A stretch of DNA of 61,564 bases, filler included. It is 6 parts of 6 records of this genome, joined end to end, with 100 filler letters (N's around TTAATTAATTAA, not from the genome) between each part and the next. Parts side by side here need not be neighbours in the genome. Positions count along the whole stretch, not along the records: positions 1 to 18,247 come from SRR22947725_3985; 5 more parts are not named here. One strand, written 5' to 3'. Both the position numbers and the translations under genes were made by a program. The notes under the pieces were generated by a model. That model did not search any database, was not told the origin of the DNA, and saw nothing but the letters and a program-made list of their open reading frames with translations. Of this stretch, positions 1 through 9,512 are shown in pieces; position 1 is the first letter of the stretch, and every line of letters begins with the position of its first letter.

Positions 1-115
1 TGACCGACGCGGCAATCCACTGCATGCAATGGGCGTGTAGGGAGTGCACTGGGCAATTACTGGCCCACGAGTGGTTCGCCACGGGCTTTCAGCCCTCTCG
101 ATGTTAAGGAGAAGG
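1..115 (-). ncRNA. candidate structured RNA or leader, truncated by the window edge; family not recognised
   Basis: GC-rich relative to the contig. The minus strand forms consecutive hairpins (GGGCU-GAA-AGCCC, GUGG-CGAA-CCAC, UGGGC..GCCCA, CCAUUG-CAUG-CAGUGG), with G.U wobbles that pair only on the minus strand. A TTGATT/TATTTT promoter-like pair lies just upstream. Confidence 0.35.
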
Positions 116-176
116 GTAAAATAAAACGCGGCTCTTCTTTTAAATCAATGATTAAGGACAGGCTTTACAGGTGACG

Positions 177-782
177 CTAAACATCTTGTTGCTTTAACCA
201 ACTGATCAGTTTGGTTAAAGCACGGGCACGGTGGCTAATCTTTGCTTTTTCATCAAGGGAAATTTCCGCAAAGGTGAACTGACTTTCCAAGGGTTGAAAT
301 AACGGATCATAGCCAAAACCTCCGGTTCCTGTTCTCTTACTTAGGAACATTCCTTCACAGGCTCCGGAAAAGGTTTCCTCAACATCATGCCCCACCAATG
401 CAAGAACGCAGCGAAAACGACAGCTTCTCTGATTATGGGGTACCTCAATCATTTCCCTTAAAACTTTGTCGTTATTGGCTTCATCATCACACTCCTCTCC
501 GGCATAACGGGCAGAGATAACGCCGGGCTTTCCGTTAAGGGCATCAATTTCAATCCCACTGTCATCGGCCAAGAACCAAGCACCAGCTGGTCCAATTTCT
601 CGTAGACCATTTGCCTTGAGTAAGGAATTCGCCTCGAATGTAGAGCCTGTTTCCTCGACTTCTGGCATACCCCCAATCGCATCGGGTCCAGACACGATAA
701 CAGACAACCCTGCCAGATCGAGTGCACTTTGAAGTTCCTTAAGTTTATGGGCATTGCCCGAGGCTAAGTAGATAGTTTTCAT
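177..782 (-). CDS. rdgB: non-canonical purine NTP pyrophosphatase (RdgB/HAM1)
   Basis: ASGNAHK, ADDSGIEIDALNGKPGVISARYA, GFGYDPLF and SHR motifs. Confidence 0.95.
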   Translation of the reverse strand: MKTIYLASGNAHKLKELQSALDLAGLSVIVSGPDAIGGMPEVEETGSTFEANSLLKANGLREIGPAGAWFLADDSGIEIDALNGKPGVISARYAGEECDDEANNDKVLREMIEVPHNQRSCRFRCVLALVGHDVEETFSGACEGMFLSKRTGTGGFGYDPLFQPLESQFTFAEISLDEKAKISHRARALTKLISWLKQQDV

Positions 783-1894
783 AAAAATCCGTGTGTTAGA
801 TGGTCTTCGCCTAAACTTTCTGTTATAGGTACCTTTATGAGGAAATCATCAAAGTCGGGTCCCGAAAGGGCCTGTTCATGATCGAATACTTTGGGAGAAC
901 GGTACTTAAAAAGGTAATCCACATTTCCTGTATTAAGTAAAGATCGGGCAAGTGTTGGGCCACCCTCACAATAAACTGCGTTCATTTCAAATTGATTCAA
1001 GGCAGATCTGAGTGCATCAGGCTTGGCTCGTCCAGTCTCGTCCTCAGCCACTTTCACCAACCGAACCCCCAACTCCTTGGCCCGACTCACACGATCTTGC
1101 CGAGAAAGCCCGTGACTGGTGGTGAGAATAATTGTGCGATCAGCAAATTCATCGGTATAAATAACCCGGTCCGGAACCAGTGAACCAAGGGTCACCAAGT
1201 TAGAATCGACAATAATGCGAAGTGGACACCAGGTCTCAGCAGTAAAGCGGGCGGTGAGAGAGGGATCATCCGAAAGCACTGTACCTGCCCCAACACAGAT
1301 CGCGGGGAAAAATCGTCGCCAATGCATCATATTGGCCCGGGCCTCCGCTTCGGTAATACGGCTCGGCACTCCTTGGATTTCAGCAACCATTCCGTTTTTA
1401 GTCACTGCCATTTTGAGGGCTATCAATGGACAATTCTTGAGCATATTATGATTAAATACAAAATTCAAACGGGTGGCTTGGGCCTGAATTTCTTTTGAGC
1501 CAAGATGTACTGAAATTCCTGCCTCTTCTAAGATCTTGATTCCACGCCCAGCATGCTCGGGGTTTGGATCGAGGCAGCCAATAAACACATTCTTAATTCC
1601 AGACTTTAAAATAGCATCCACACACGGAGGGGTTCGGCCATGCGTCGAACAGGGCTCAAGAGAGACGAACATCGAAGCCCCTTCAATCGGACTTCGCCCG
1701 AGGTTTGAAATAGCGACAACTTCAGCATGTGGGGAGCCGGCACGTTTATGATGTCCTTCTGAAACAACCTCACCCCCTTCCTCAATAATTGCACCCACCA
1801 TGGGATTGGGATGTGTATTACCCCAGCCATTTTTGGCCAGCTCTAGGGTCCTTCGAAAAAGGATTTCCGTTTTTTCGAAATCAGGCACGGGCAA
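779..1894 (-). CDS. ribD: riboflavin biosynthesis bifunctional deaminase/reductase
   Basis: PNPMVG, HAE, LEPCSTHGRTPPC zinc motif, DDPSLTAR, EGG. Confidence 0.93.
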   Translation of the reverse strand: MPVPDFEKTEILFRRTLELAKNGWGNTHPNPMVGAIIEEGGEVVSEGHHKRAGSPHAEVVAISNLGRSPIEGASMFVSLEPCSTHGRTPPCVDAILKSGIKNVFIGCLDPNPEHAGRGIKILEEAGISVHLGSKEIQAQATRLNFVFNHNMLKNCPLIALKMAVTKNGMVAEIQGVPSRITEAEARANMMHWRRFFPAICVGAGTVLSDDPSLTARFTAETWCPLRIIVDSNLVTLGSLVPDRVIYTDEFADRTIILTTSHGLSRQDRVSRAKELGVRLVKVAEDETGRAKPDALRSALNQFEMNAVYCEGGPTLARSLLNTGNVDYLFKYRSPKVFDHEQALSGPDFDDFLIKVPITESLGEDHLTHGFL

Positions 1895-2666
1895 TCGTCA
1901 GTCCGACTGGGCAATGATCAGAGCCTTCCACTTCGGGAAGAATATAAGCATCGCGGATGGAGGTGGCCAAGCAGTCAGAGACCACAAAATAGTCAATTCT
2001 CCAGCCCACATTTCGGGCGCGTGCACCCGCTCGGTAAGACCACCATGAATATGCTCCTGTTTTTTCGGGGTGTAAATGTCTGTAAGTATCGATGAAACCT
2101 TCTGCTAAAAGATTGGAGAAACCTTCCCTTTCTTCATCAGTAAAACCGGCACTTTTTCGATTGGTTTTTGGATTTGCCAAATCGATTTCTCGATGTGCTA
2201 CATTAAGGTCACCACATAAAACAACCGGTTTCGATTGCCTCAGCTCGATAAGATAATCTTTAAGATCCGGATCCCAGGAGTCATAGCGGTGAGGTAGGCG
2301 GGAAAGGTCACCTTTTGAATTAGGAACATATACATTAACCAAGAAAAAACCTTCAAACTCGAAGGTAATCGTACGCCCTTCACCAACGTGTTTACCATCA
2401 GGAAAATCTTCACGAATGGAGAGTGGTTTAGTTTTAGAAAAAATCGCGGTTCCAGAATAACCTTTCTTTTCAGCAAGGTGATAATGTCTGAATGCGTATC
2501 CGAAGTCATCATCTGGAATCACTTCTGAATTTAACTTTACTTCCTGGAGACAGAGTAAGTCGGGATTTTTCTTTGCGACGAACTCATCAAAAGTTTTTTT
2601 TCGACAGGCCCGAAGACCATTCACATTCCAAGAAATCATTTCAATTGTTGAATTTTTATTACTCAT
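1881..2666 (-). CDS. xth: exodeoxyribonuclease III
   Basis: SWNVNGLRA, LQE, GDLNVAH, WWSYR..NVGWRIDY, SDHCP. Confidence 0.95.
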   Translation of the reverse strand: MSNKNSTIEMISWNVNGLRACRKKTFDEFVAKKNPDLLCLQEVKLNSEVIPDDDFGYAFRHYHLAEKKGYSGTAIFSKTKPLSIREDFPDGKHVGEGRTITFEFEGFFLVNVYVPNSKGDLSRLPHRYDSWDPDLKDYLIELRQSKPVVLCGDLNVAHREIDLANPKTNRKSAGFTDEEREGFSNLLAEGFIDTYRHLHPEKTGAYSWWSYRAGARARNVGWRIDYFVVSDCLATSIRDAYILPEVEGSDHCPVGLTIARA

Positions 2667-2762
2667 TAAATTTTAATTTTTGAAAACATAAGATTGGCAT
2701 TAGTTCAGGAATCTACTACCCATGGTATTCTTTCCGCAATACTTCAAGAAAAAGAAATTAAC

Positions 2763-3323
2763 ATGGCTTCTCCAACAGACATTCGTAAAGGTAGGGTAAT
2801 GAACTATCAAGGTGCACCCCACCTAGTATTAGAAATGCTGCACCGCACGCAAGGCAGACAAGCTGGATTTGTGCAAACAACCCTGAGGAACTTGCAAAGT
2901 GGTTCGACCACCACTACCAAGTTTCGATCGACTGATAATGTCGAATTCATGCATACGACTACCAATAAGCTTGAATTTAGTTACAAGGATCCTGACGGAC
3001 ATCACTTTATGGACCTTGAAAGCTATGAAGATACCGTGCTCCCAAGTGAGGTGATAGGAGAAGATGATAATTTTCTCGTAGAAGGAAACACCTACGATAT
3101 TTTACTAATCGATGGAAAAGCGATCCGGTTGGAACTCCCCGCCTCGGTCGAAGCAACTGTGATTGAAGCACCCGATGCATTAAGAGGTGATACTGCGGGA
3201 AATGTACTCAAGCCCGTCACCATCTCTTCAGGTCTTACCATTCAAGTGCCCTTGTTTATTAAAAAGGACGATGTAATCAAGATTAGTACCGGCGACCGAT
3301 CTTACCTAGGCCGTGTGAACTAA
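2763..3323 (+). CDS. efp: elongation factor P (Arg32 type)
   Basis: IRKG N-terminus, RGDT, QVPLFI, YLGR C-terminus; ATG at 2763 preferred over the upstream TTG. Confidence 0.93.
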   Translation: MASPTDIRKGRVMNYQGAPHLVLEMLHRTQGRQAGFVQTTLRNLQSGSTTTTKFRSTDNVEFMHTTTNKLEFSYKDPDGHHFMDLESYEDTVLPSEVIGEDDNFLVEGNTYDILLIDGKAIRLELPASVEATVIEAPDALRGDTAGNVLKPVTISSGLTIQVPLFIKKDDVIKISTGDRSYLGRVN

Positions 3324-3352
3324 AAAAGATGCCCCTTAAAAAGAGGCATCTT
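3322..3352 (-). terminator. intrinsic terminator between convergent efp and the phosphorylase homolog
   Basis: AAGATGCC..GGCATCTT stem; a T6 tail follows on the minus strand. Confidence 0.7.
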
Positions 3353-3379
3353 AAAAATTTCACAGTACAGAAATAAAAT

Positions 3380-4708
3380 CTAGGCCACTCGTTCAACAAC
3401 AAGAGGTGCAGGATTTGGTCTTTTAGGAGCAAGCCGATAAGCGGCTTTAAAGTACTCCATTGCCACGCCTAAGCGTTTTTCGTCGTTGTAATGAATAATC
3501 ATTAGAGGTTCGCCCTGTTTCATTTGAGTGCCCACCTTGCAAAGCTCAGCAACACCAGCAGCAGGATCAAACTTCTGTCCTTCTCCATGAGCTAAAATTT
3601 GGACACCACGGGCAAGTTGACCGGCATCAATTGTATGAACATAACCACGCTTAGGTGCGGGTAATTTCTTGGTATGCTTGGCCAATGGTAACTTTTCTGG
3701 GTTATCAATTACCTTCGAATCGCCACCTTGGTATTCAACAATTTCTTTAAATTTTTCTAAGGCAGTTCCATCTTCAAGATGTTTACGCACAGTTTGCTTG
3801 GCAGAAAGCGTCGATCCTGCTACTCCAGCAAGACGAACAATTTCCATACCTAGTTTCATAACTAAGTCCTGTAAGTCTTCTGGGCCTTCGCCTTTCAGTA
3901 ATTCAATCGCTTCTTTTAATTCCAAAGAAGCACCGACGCAGGAACCAAGTGGTTGATTTACATCGGTTACTAGAGCGACGCATCTTCGTTTAAGAGTTCT
4001 ACCAACCCGGGTAATAGAGCGTGCAAGTTGTTTCGCGTCGTCCGCAGTTTTAATGAATGAGCCCTTGCCCCACTTCACATCTACCACAACTCCCTCTGCT
4101 CCCGCCGCTAGCTTACGACTTAATGTACCTGCAGTAATAAAAGGAATGGATGGGATTGCCCCGATTGTTTGTCGTAATTTGTAAAGAATTCCTTCAACCG
4201 GAGAAATTTCGTCGTTCCGATCTGCAAATGAACAACCTACTTTTCGAATCTGAGTGGCAAAATCCTCTAAGTTGATTTTGGTATTTATCTTTGGAATCGC
4301 GGAAAGTTTTTCGCAATTAGAAGTCAAAAATTCTTCATCATCGCCATTCATTAAGGGCATTGCCACACCTGCTGCAGCGGCTAATGGTCCGAGTACAATG
4401 GTTGTTTTATCACCGACACCGCCCGTGGAATACTTTTCAATTTTAGGACGGGAAACATCCATCATCTCAATCACTTCACCTGAAAGCATCATTTCTTCAG
4501 TAAAAAAAGCAGTTTCTTGGGCTGACATGCCCTGGAAATATACTGCCATTACCCAGGCAGCCTGCTGGTACTCGGGCATCTCTTCATCTAATATTGAATC
4601 GACAAGAAAACGAATTTCATCATCTGTATACTCTCCTCCGTCTCTTTTTTTCTCAATTAAATAAGAGAATGATGGGGTGCTATTTTTGGAACTAATGGCT
4701 TTAGGCAT
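3380..4708 (-). CDS. thymidine/pyrimidine-nucleoside phosphorylase homolog with a degenerate active site
   Basis: IEKKRDG, STGGVGDK, VDVKWGKGSF, NQPLG; catalytic and phosphate-loop residues are altered (see findings). Confidence 0.88.
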   Translation of the reverse strand: MPKAISSKNSTPSFSYLIEKKRDGGEYTDDEIRFLVDSILDEEMPEYQQAAWVMAVYFQGMSAQETAFFTEEMMLSGEVIEMMDVSRPKIEKYSTGGVGDKTTIVLGPLAAAAGVAMPLMNGDDEEFLTSNCEKLSAIPKINTKINLEDFATQIRKVGCSFADRNDEISPVEGILYKLRQTIGAIPSIPFITAGTLSRKLAAGAEGVVVDVKWGKGSFIKTADDAKQLARSITRVGRTLKRRCVALVTDVNQPLGSCVGASLELKEAIELLKGEGPEDLQDLVMKLGMEIVRLAGVAGSTLSAKQTVRKHLEDGTALEKFKEIVEYQGGDSKVIDNPEKLPLAKHTKKLPAPKRGYVHTIDAGQLARGVQILAHGEGQKFDPAAGVAELCKVGTQMKQGEPLMIIHYNDEKRLGVAMEYFKAAYRLAPKRPNPAPLVVERVA

Positions 4709-4844
4709 GATAATTGTCCTTACGCGATTTGGGGGTATGAATAAACGGCAAAACAAATTATATAGTTAATTAGTTCAAATAAGTCGAGGCTTTTATTCCA
4801 AGTCGTACTTGACCCTTTCTAGTAATATGCTTGGATTACCCACC

Positions 4845-6590
4845 ATGTTAATTGAATTTGATTCTAGTGATACAATTGAAGGTGTAATTCGTACGGTAAC
4901 CACTACGAGCGAACATTTCGGTGAAGATTTTCAACCTCAGGTACGACCGGCCGATCCAAGGTTTGGAGATTTTCAAGCAAATGGCGTACTCCCATTTGCC
5001 AAAAAGGCGGGCATCAACCCCAGGGAACTGGCTCAAAAATTAATGGATGCCCTACCCCAAACTGATCTTTGGGAAACCAGTATCGCAGGTCCTGGCTTTA
5101 TTAACTTCAAACTTTCTCCTTCTTATTTTCTACAATGGCTCGAAAAATTTGCTGATACCGAATCAATCCAAAAGGCGGTTCAGACTGAAAAGCCGCAAAA
5201 AGTGGTGGTTGATTTCTCCGGCCCCAATACTGCCAAGCAGATGCATGTTGGCCATATTCGCTCGACGATTATAGGGGAAAGCTTAGCCCGACTGCTTCAC
5301 TTTCTTGGCCACGAAGTAATACGGGACAATCACCTTGGAGATTGGGGAACCCAGTTTGGCATTCTTCTCTATGCAATTAAAAGAGAAAAAATCGCTCTTG
5401 ATCAACTCGGTCCCGACCCAATTGCAAAACTGGAAAACCTTTATCGACAAGGAAACAAATGGATAAAAGAAGAAGAGTGTAATTTGGCAGAAGCGCGGGA
5501 GGAGTTAGTAAAACTTCAAAACGGAGATTCTGAAAACCTTGCACTTTGGCAAAAGATTAAAGAGATAAGCATGGATTCTTTTCTTTCAATTTATGAAATA
5601 CTGGGAGTCCATTTTGATCACTCACTTGGAGAAAGTTTCTACAAAGACAAAATTGATCCTATTTATGAAAACCTTTTGTCCCATCAAATTTGTAAAGAAG
5701 ATGAGGGGGCACTTGTGGTCTTTCATCCCGAGCATAAAAGATTCTCAAAGCAGCCCTTTATCATTCGTAAGTCGGATGGTGCGAGTAATTATGCTACCAC
5801 AGACTTGGCAACCGTGGAATACAGGAAAAACGAATGGAATTCGGATCAAATTATCTATGTTACTGATGGAAGGCAGCGCGATCATTTTGAACAACTCTTC
5901 CTTACTGTACAAAAATGGTACTCCGCAGAAAAGAGAAAAAGTCCATCCCTTGAACATGTCTGGTTCGGTACTATTTTAGGGGATGACAATAAAGCGATCA
6001 AGACCCGGGACGGAGAACCGATCAAACTTATCGATCTGTTGAACGAAGCAATATCGAGGGCTCGAAAGATGGTGATAGAGAAAAAGCCTGACCTTGCTGA
6101 GGTAGAAATAGAAAAAAGAGCAAAAGCAATTGGACTGGGTGCAGTTCGATATGCTGATTTGTCCCAGGACCGTACGCTTGACTATGTTTTTTCTTGGGAA
6201 AAGATGCTCGCAATGCAAGGAAACACAGCACCGTATCTCCAATACGCAGTTGCCAGAATCCATAGTATTTTTAGAAAAGCTCAAGTTTTACCAACTCAAA
6301 TTCTAAGTACACACTATCAACCGAATACAGATTCTGAAAGAAGCCTGGCTCGAAAATTTCTTTTTTTCCCGGGAGTGATTAAACAAACCACGAAAGAATT
6401 AAAACCTCATTTTCTCGGTTGCTATCTATTCGAATTAGCAACCGAATTTAGTTCGTTTTACAACCAAAGCAAAGTGATGGTGGAAGAGGAAGAAATTAAA
6501 ACACTCCGACTTATTCTATGTGCTCGTTCGTTAATTATATTACAAATCGGAATGGATATTTTGGGAATTGAAACACTCGAGGAAATGTAA
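4845..6590 (+). CDS. argS: arginine--tRNA ligase
   Basis: FGDFQAN, AGPGFINF, HVGH (HIGH motif), GDWGTQFG, GNTAPYLQY. Confidence 0.96.
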   Translation: MLIEFDSSDTIEGVIRTVTTTSEHFGEDFQPQVRPADPRFGDFQANGVLPFAKKAGINPRELAQKLMDALPQTDLWETSIAGPGFINFKLSPSYFLQWLEKFADTESIQKAVQTEKPQKVVVDFSGPNTAKQMHVGHIRSTIIGESLARLLHFLGHEVIRDNHLGDWGTQFGILLYAIKREKIALDQLGPDPIAKLENLYRQGNKWIKEEECNLAEAREELVKLQNGDSENLALWQKIKEISMDSFLSIYEILGVHFDHSLGESFYKDKIDPIYENLLSHQICKEDEGALVVFHPEHKRFSKQPFIIRKSDGASNYATTDLATVEYRKNEWNSDQIIYVTDGRQRDHFEQLFLTVQKWYSAEKRKSPSLEHVWFGTILGDDNKAIKTRDGEPIKLIDLLNEAISRARKMVIEKKPDLAEVEIEKRAKAIGLGAVRYADLSQDRTLDYVFSWEKMLAMQGNTAPYLQYAVARIHSIFRKAQVLPTQILSTHYQPNTDSERSLARKFLFFPGVIKQTTKELKPHFLGCYLFELATEFSSFYNQSKVMVEEEEIKTLRLILCARSLIILQIGMDILGIETLEEM

Positions 6591-6610
6591 TTCCAGCCTA
6601 AATGATTGAT

Positions 6611-7150
6611 TTAGTACTTAAGGTATTCAATCAATAATGCCTCGGAGCTAAACATTTTCCATTTTTTCCCATCTCTTTTCATGGTGTGTAACATCTTGAC
6701 TCGGTTATCTCGAAACGCGGCATTACCGGAAAGTTTCTGTGTAACTTGTAATACTTCCACCTTCGCTTCATCGCCGTCAATCTCCTTCACCTCAAGCTGT
6801 TGTATCGTGTATTTAAGCTGAAGGCGGGCAAAAATATAAGTCATCATATCCTTGGAACTCTCTGCGGTGGGAGATTCAGGATGGATCGTACTCAATGCCA
6901 TGTTGATATTCCTTTTGGAAACGGCAAATATGTTTGTTTTTACCACATCCTTAATTTCTTTTACCATCGCAGGATCTAACTCCTTCTTCACCACTGCGGC
7001 AGGAGCTACTTCATTTGCTGGTGGCACAATGGTGGTAGAAGAACCAGGAAGAGAACTCCCGGGTAAATCCTGAGCGGGTAATATTGGAATAGAACATATT
7101 ACAATCCATCCCAAAATCATACGCCTAAGAATGTGTGCTTTCATTATCAT
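6611..7150 (-). CDS. secreted protein with a probable NTF2/SnoaL-like domain
   Basis: Signal-like N-terminus, Pro/Ser-rich linker, C-terminal 'IDGDEAKVEV...KRDGKKWKM' NTF2-like pattern. Confidence 0.55.
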   Translation of the reverse strand: MIMKAHILRRMILGWIVICSIPILPAQDLPGSSLPGSSTTIVPPANEVAPAAVVKKELDPAMVKEIKDVVKTNIFAVSKRNINMALSTIHPESPTAESSKDMMTYIFARLQLKYTIQQLEVKEIDGDEAKVEVLQVTQKLSGNAAFRDNRVKMLHTMKRDGKKWKMFSSEALLIEYLKY

Positions 7151-7207
7151 AATATCTAAAGTCCTATAAAATGAATTTTTTTCAATTCTAAAAGTAGAAC
7201 ATGTTAT

Positions 7208-8059
7208 TTATTTTGAAGATACCAAAGGGACTTCAATACTATAATATTGGCTAGTTGAACCTTCCCCCCATCCTTTCTCGTTAAAAAGTAAACCCGATAA
7301 AAACTTTTCATCCTTTCGAGCCCATGGTGAACGCTCGAAGCGTAAATGAAGAAAATCTTCTTTATTTTTATACAACTGATTTCCATCCGAACTAATTAAA
7401 CGATTGGAGGAGAAAAATATTGGGCGATCTTCACTCGACTCCCAATTGTTTTTATTTAGTAATTTTAAATCGATAAACTTACCCTTGAGTCTTGCAGATG
7501 GCTCCCAATGGTCAGGAAGAGGTGGAGGAATTGAGCTCCTAAACTGCTCGAACTTCTGATGCCAATCCGAATCGAATTCCCTCGAATTTACCACCTCTAA
7601 TTCAATCGATAAATTAGTAAACCCGGGCAGGCATTGTCGGGAACAAGTAAGCCAAGATGCACTTGCATTGAGAGTTATAATCTCTCCTGCTTTCACTTGA
7701 TTAGTTACACTTACCTTGCACAGAAAAAGAGTTTCCCCGTAATTCCCATTGGCTCGGATACTTGCCATCTTCACTTTCTCGGGTGTACAATAAAGGAGTT
7801 CACTAATTGATATCCCCTTTGGAATTGACCACTCAAGGGAAGGAGCAACACCAACATCTCCGGGGTGTTTCCAATAAGTATGCCAACCCTTTTCTCTTAC
7901 AATGTGCCAACCAATCCAAAAATCTTCACCGGGAACAACTCCGTTTTGTTCCGCCACTAGTTGCATGCGCAAAGGGCCTACCTTTTTCATTCCCAAGCAG
8001 GTAACACTCAGAAATAGCGAGATAAGAAGAAGCGGAATTCTAGCAACTAAATCATTCAA
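7208..8059 (-). CDS. DsbD N-terminal (disulfide reductase) domain protein
   Basis: GWHTYWKHPGDVG and WLTCSRQCLPG motifs; the TTG start overlaps the upstream gene's stop (TTGA). Confidence 0.8.
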   Translation of the reverse strand: MNDLVARIPLLLISLFLSVTCLGMKKVGPLRMQLVAEQNGVVPGEDFWIGWHIVREKGWHTYWKHPGDVGVAPSLEWSIPKGISISELLYCTPEKVKMASIRANGNYGETLFLCKVSVTNQVKAGEIITLNASASWLTCSRQCLPGFTNLSIELEVVNSREFDSDWHQKFEQFRSSIPPPLPDHWEPSARLKGKFIDLKLLNKNNWESSEDRPIFFSSNRLISSDGNQLYKNKEDFLHLRFERSPWARKDEKFLSGLLFNEKGWGEGSTSQYYSIEVPLVSSK

Positions 8060-8370
8060 CTGAAAGATTTCCCACACCCACAAGTTGTCTGGGCATTTGG
8101 ATTTCGGATTTCAAAACCTTTTCCACTCAACCCATCATCAAAGTGGATTTCTGTGCCGGACAGATACTCTACACTTTCTCCATCAACTGCAAATTGGACT
8201 CCTTGACTTTCGCCAAGTTGATCAGAATCTTTAGCCCGATCCATTGACATTCCGTATTCAAATCCAGAACACCCTCCAGGCTCAATAAAAATACGGAGTA
8301 ATTTATCAGAATCAGAGTCTTTTGACATTCGTTCGATCTCCTTGGCTGCTTCGATAGTTAATTTGATCAT
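8056..8370 (-). CDS. iron-sulfur cluster assembly accessory protein (IscA/ErpA, HesB family)
   Basis: GGCSGFEY and NPNAQTTCGCGKSF. Confidence 0.93.
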   Translation of the reverse strand: MIKLTIEAAKEIERMSKDSDSDKLLRIFIEPGGCSGFEYGMSMDRAKDSDQLGESQGVQFAVDGESVEYLSGTEIHFDDGLSGKGFEIRNPNAQTTCGCGKSFS

Positions 8371-8515
8371 AGATAATTACTAACATCGGAGAGAATTATG
8401 TCAAATCAAGCGACTATAAGCGTAAATTATGCCAAATATACTATTTACTCTTAAAAAATTAAGTATTTTCTTGAAAACTGATAGGATAAAACTTAGTTTT
8501 ACGACATTGGCATAA

Positions 8516-9496
8516 ATGAAACACATATTTAACGAAGTACACTACGAACTAACTCGTAAAATTGCGGAAGGTGGGATGGGATTGGTCTACGAAGCTACAC
8601 AAAAAGGAATTGGTGGATTCCGAAAAGTGGTCGCAATCAAACTGATTAGGGAAGAATATTCTGCAATTGAAGAGTTTAGAAATAATTTTATCGGAGAAGC
8701 AAAATTAGTTGCTGACTTGATTCATACCAACATTGTCCAGACATACCATCTAGGCAAAATTGGAGAGCAATATTTCATGACCATGGAATATGTAACGGGT
8801 TGGAATCTTGAGGAATTCCTCGATAGGCATGTGGAAACGGAACAATACATACCCGCAGATTTGGCGGTTTTTATTGTTTCCCGAATATGCAGAGGACTTG
8901 GTTACGCTCATCGCAAGAAAGATTCACAAGGTCGCTTGCTCGGGATTGTCCACCGCGATGTTAACCCAAAAAATATCATGATCGCCCAAGAGGGAGATGT
9001 TAAATTGACTGACTTTGGAATCGCGAAGGCATTGGACCTAATGTACAATAAAGAAGGCGATGTAATTGCCGGTAAGGATGAATATCTATCTCCAGAACAA
9101 GCACGCTGTGAAGTAACAGATCATCGAGCTGATCTATTTTGTTGTGGGATTGTAATGTCTGAACTTCTTTTGGGTTACAACCTCTTCGAAGCATATGAAT
9201 CAGAGGATACCATTCATAATATATTGGAAATGAAAGTTCCAAACTTCAAAGAGATCCGTCCCGATATTGATCCGCGGCTTGATAAAATTCTCCAAACTTC
9301 CCTGATGAGGGCACGAGATGAGAGGTATCAATCATCGGAAGAAATGCTCACCGAACTCGAGAGCTTTATTTATGGCGAAGGATATGGGCCCACGAACGAG
9401 AAGTTAGCGGCTTATATTTATGATGTTTTTGGAGATGACGGAGAGAATGCAGCACTTCGTTGGCATCGCGGGGAAACCCGATTTGCAGATAATTAA
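8516..9496 (+). CDS. Hanks-type Ser/Thr protein kinase, soluble, no sensor domain
   Basis: [31 protein letters not shown]. Confidence 0.93.
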   Translation: MKHIFNEVHYELTRKIAEGGMGLVYEATQKGIGGFRKVVAIKLIREEYSAIEEFRNNFIGEAKLVADLIHTNIVQTYHLGKIGEQYFMTMEYVTGWNLEEFLDRHVETEQYIPADLAVFIVSRICRGLGYAHRKKDSQGRLLGIVHRDVNPKNIMIAQEGDVKLTDFGIAKALDLMYNKEGDVIAGKDEYLSPEQARCEVTDHRADLFCCGIVMSELLLGYNLFEAYESEDTIHNILEMKVPNFKEIRPDIDPRLDKILQTSLMRARDERYQSSEEMLTELESFIYGEGYGPTNEKLAAYIYDVFGDDGENAALRWHRGETRFADN

Positions 9497-9512
9497 AACC
9501 TGAAAGTTTATT

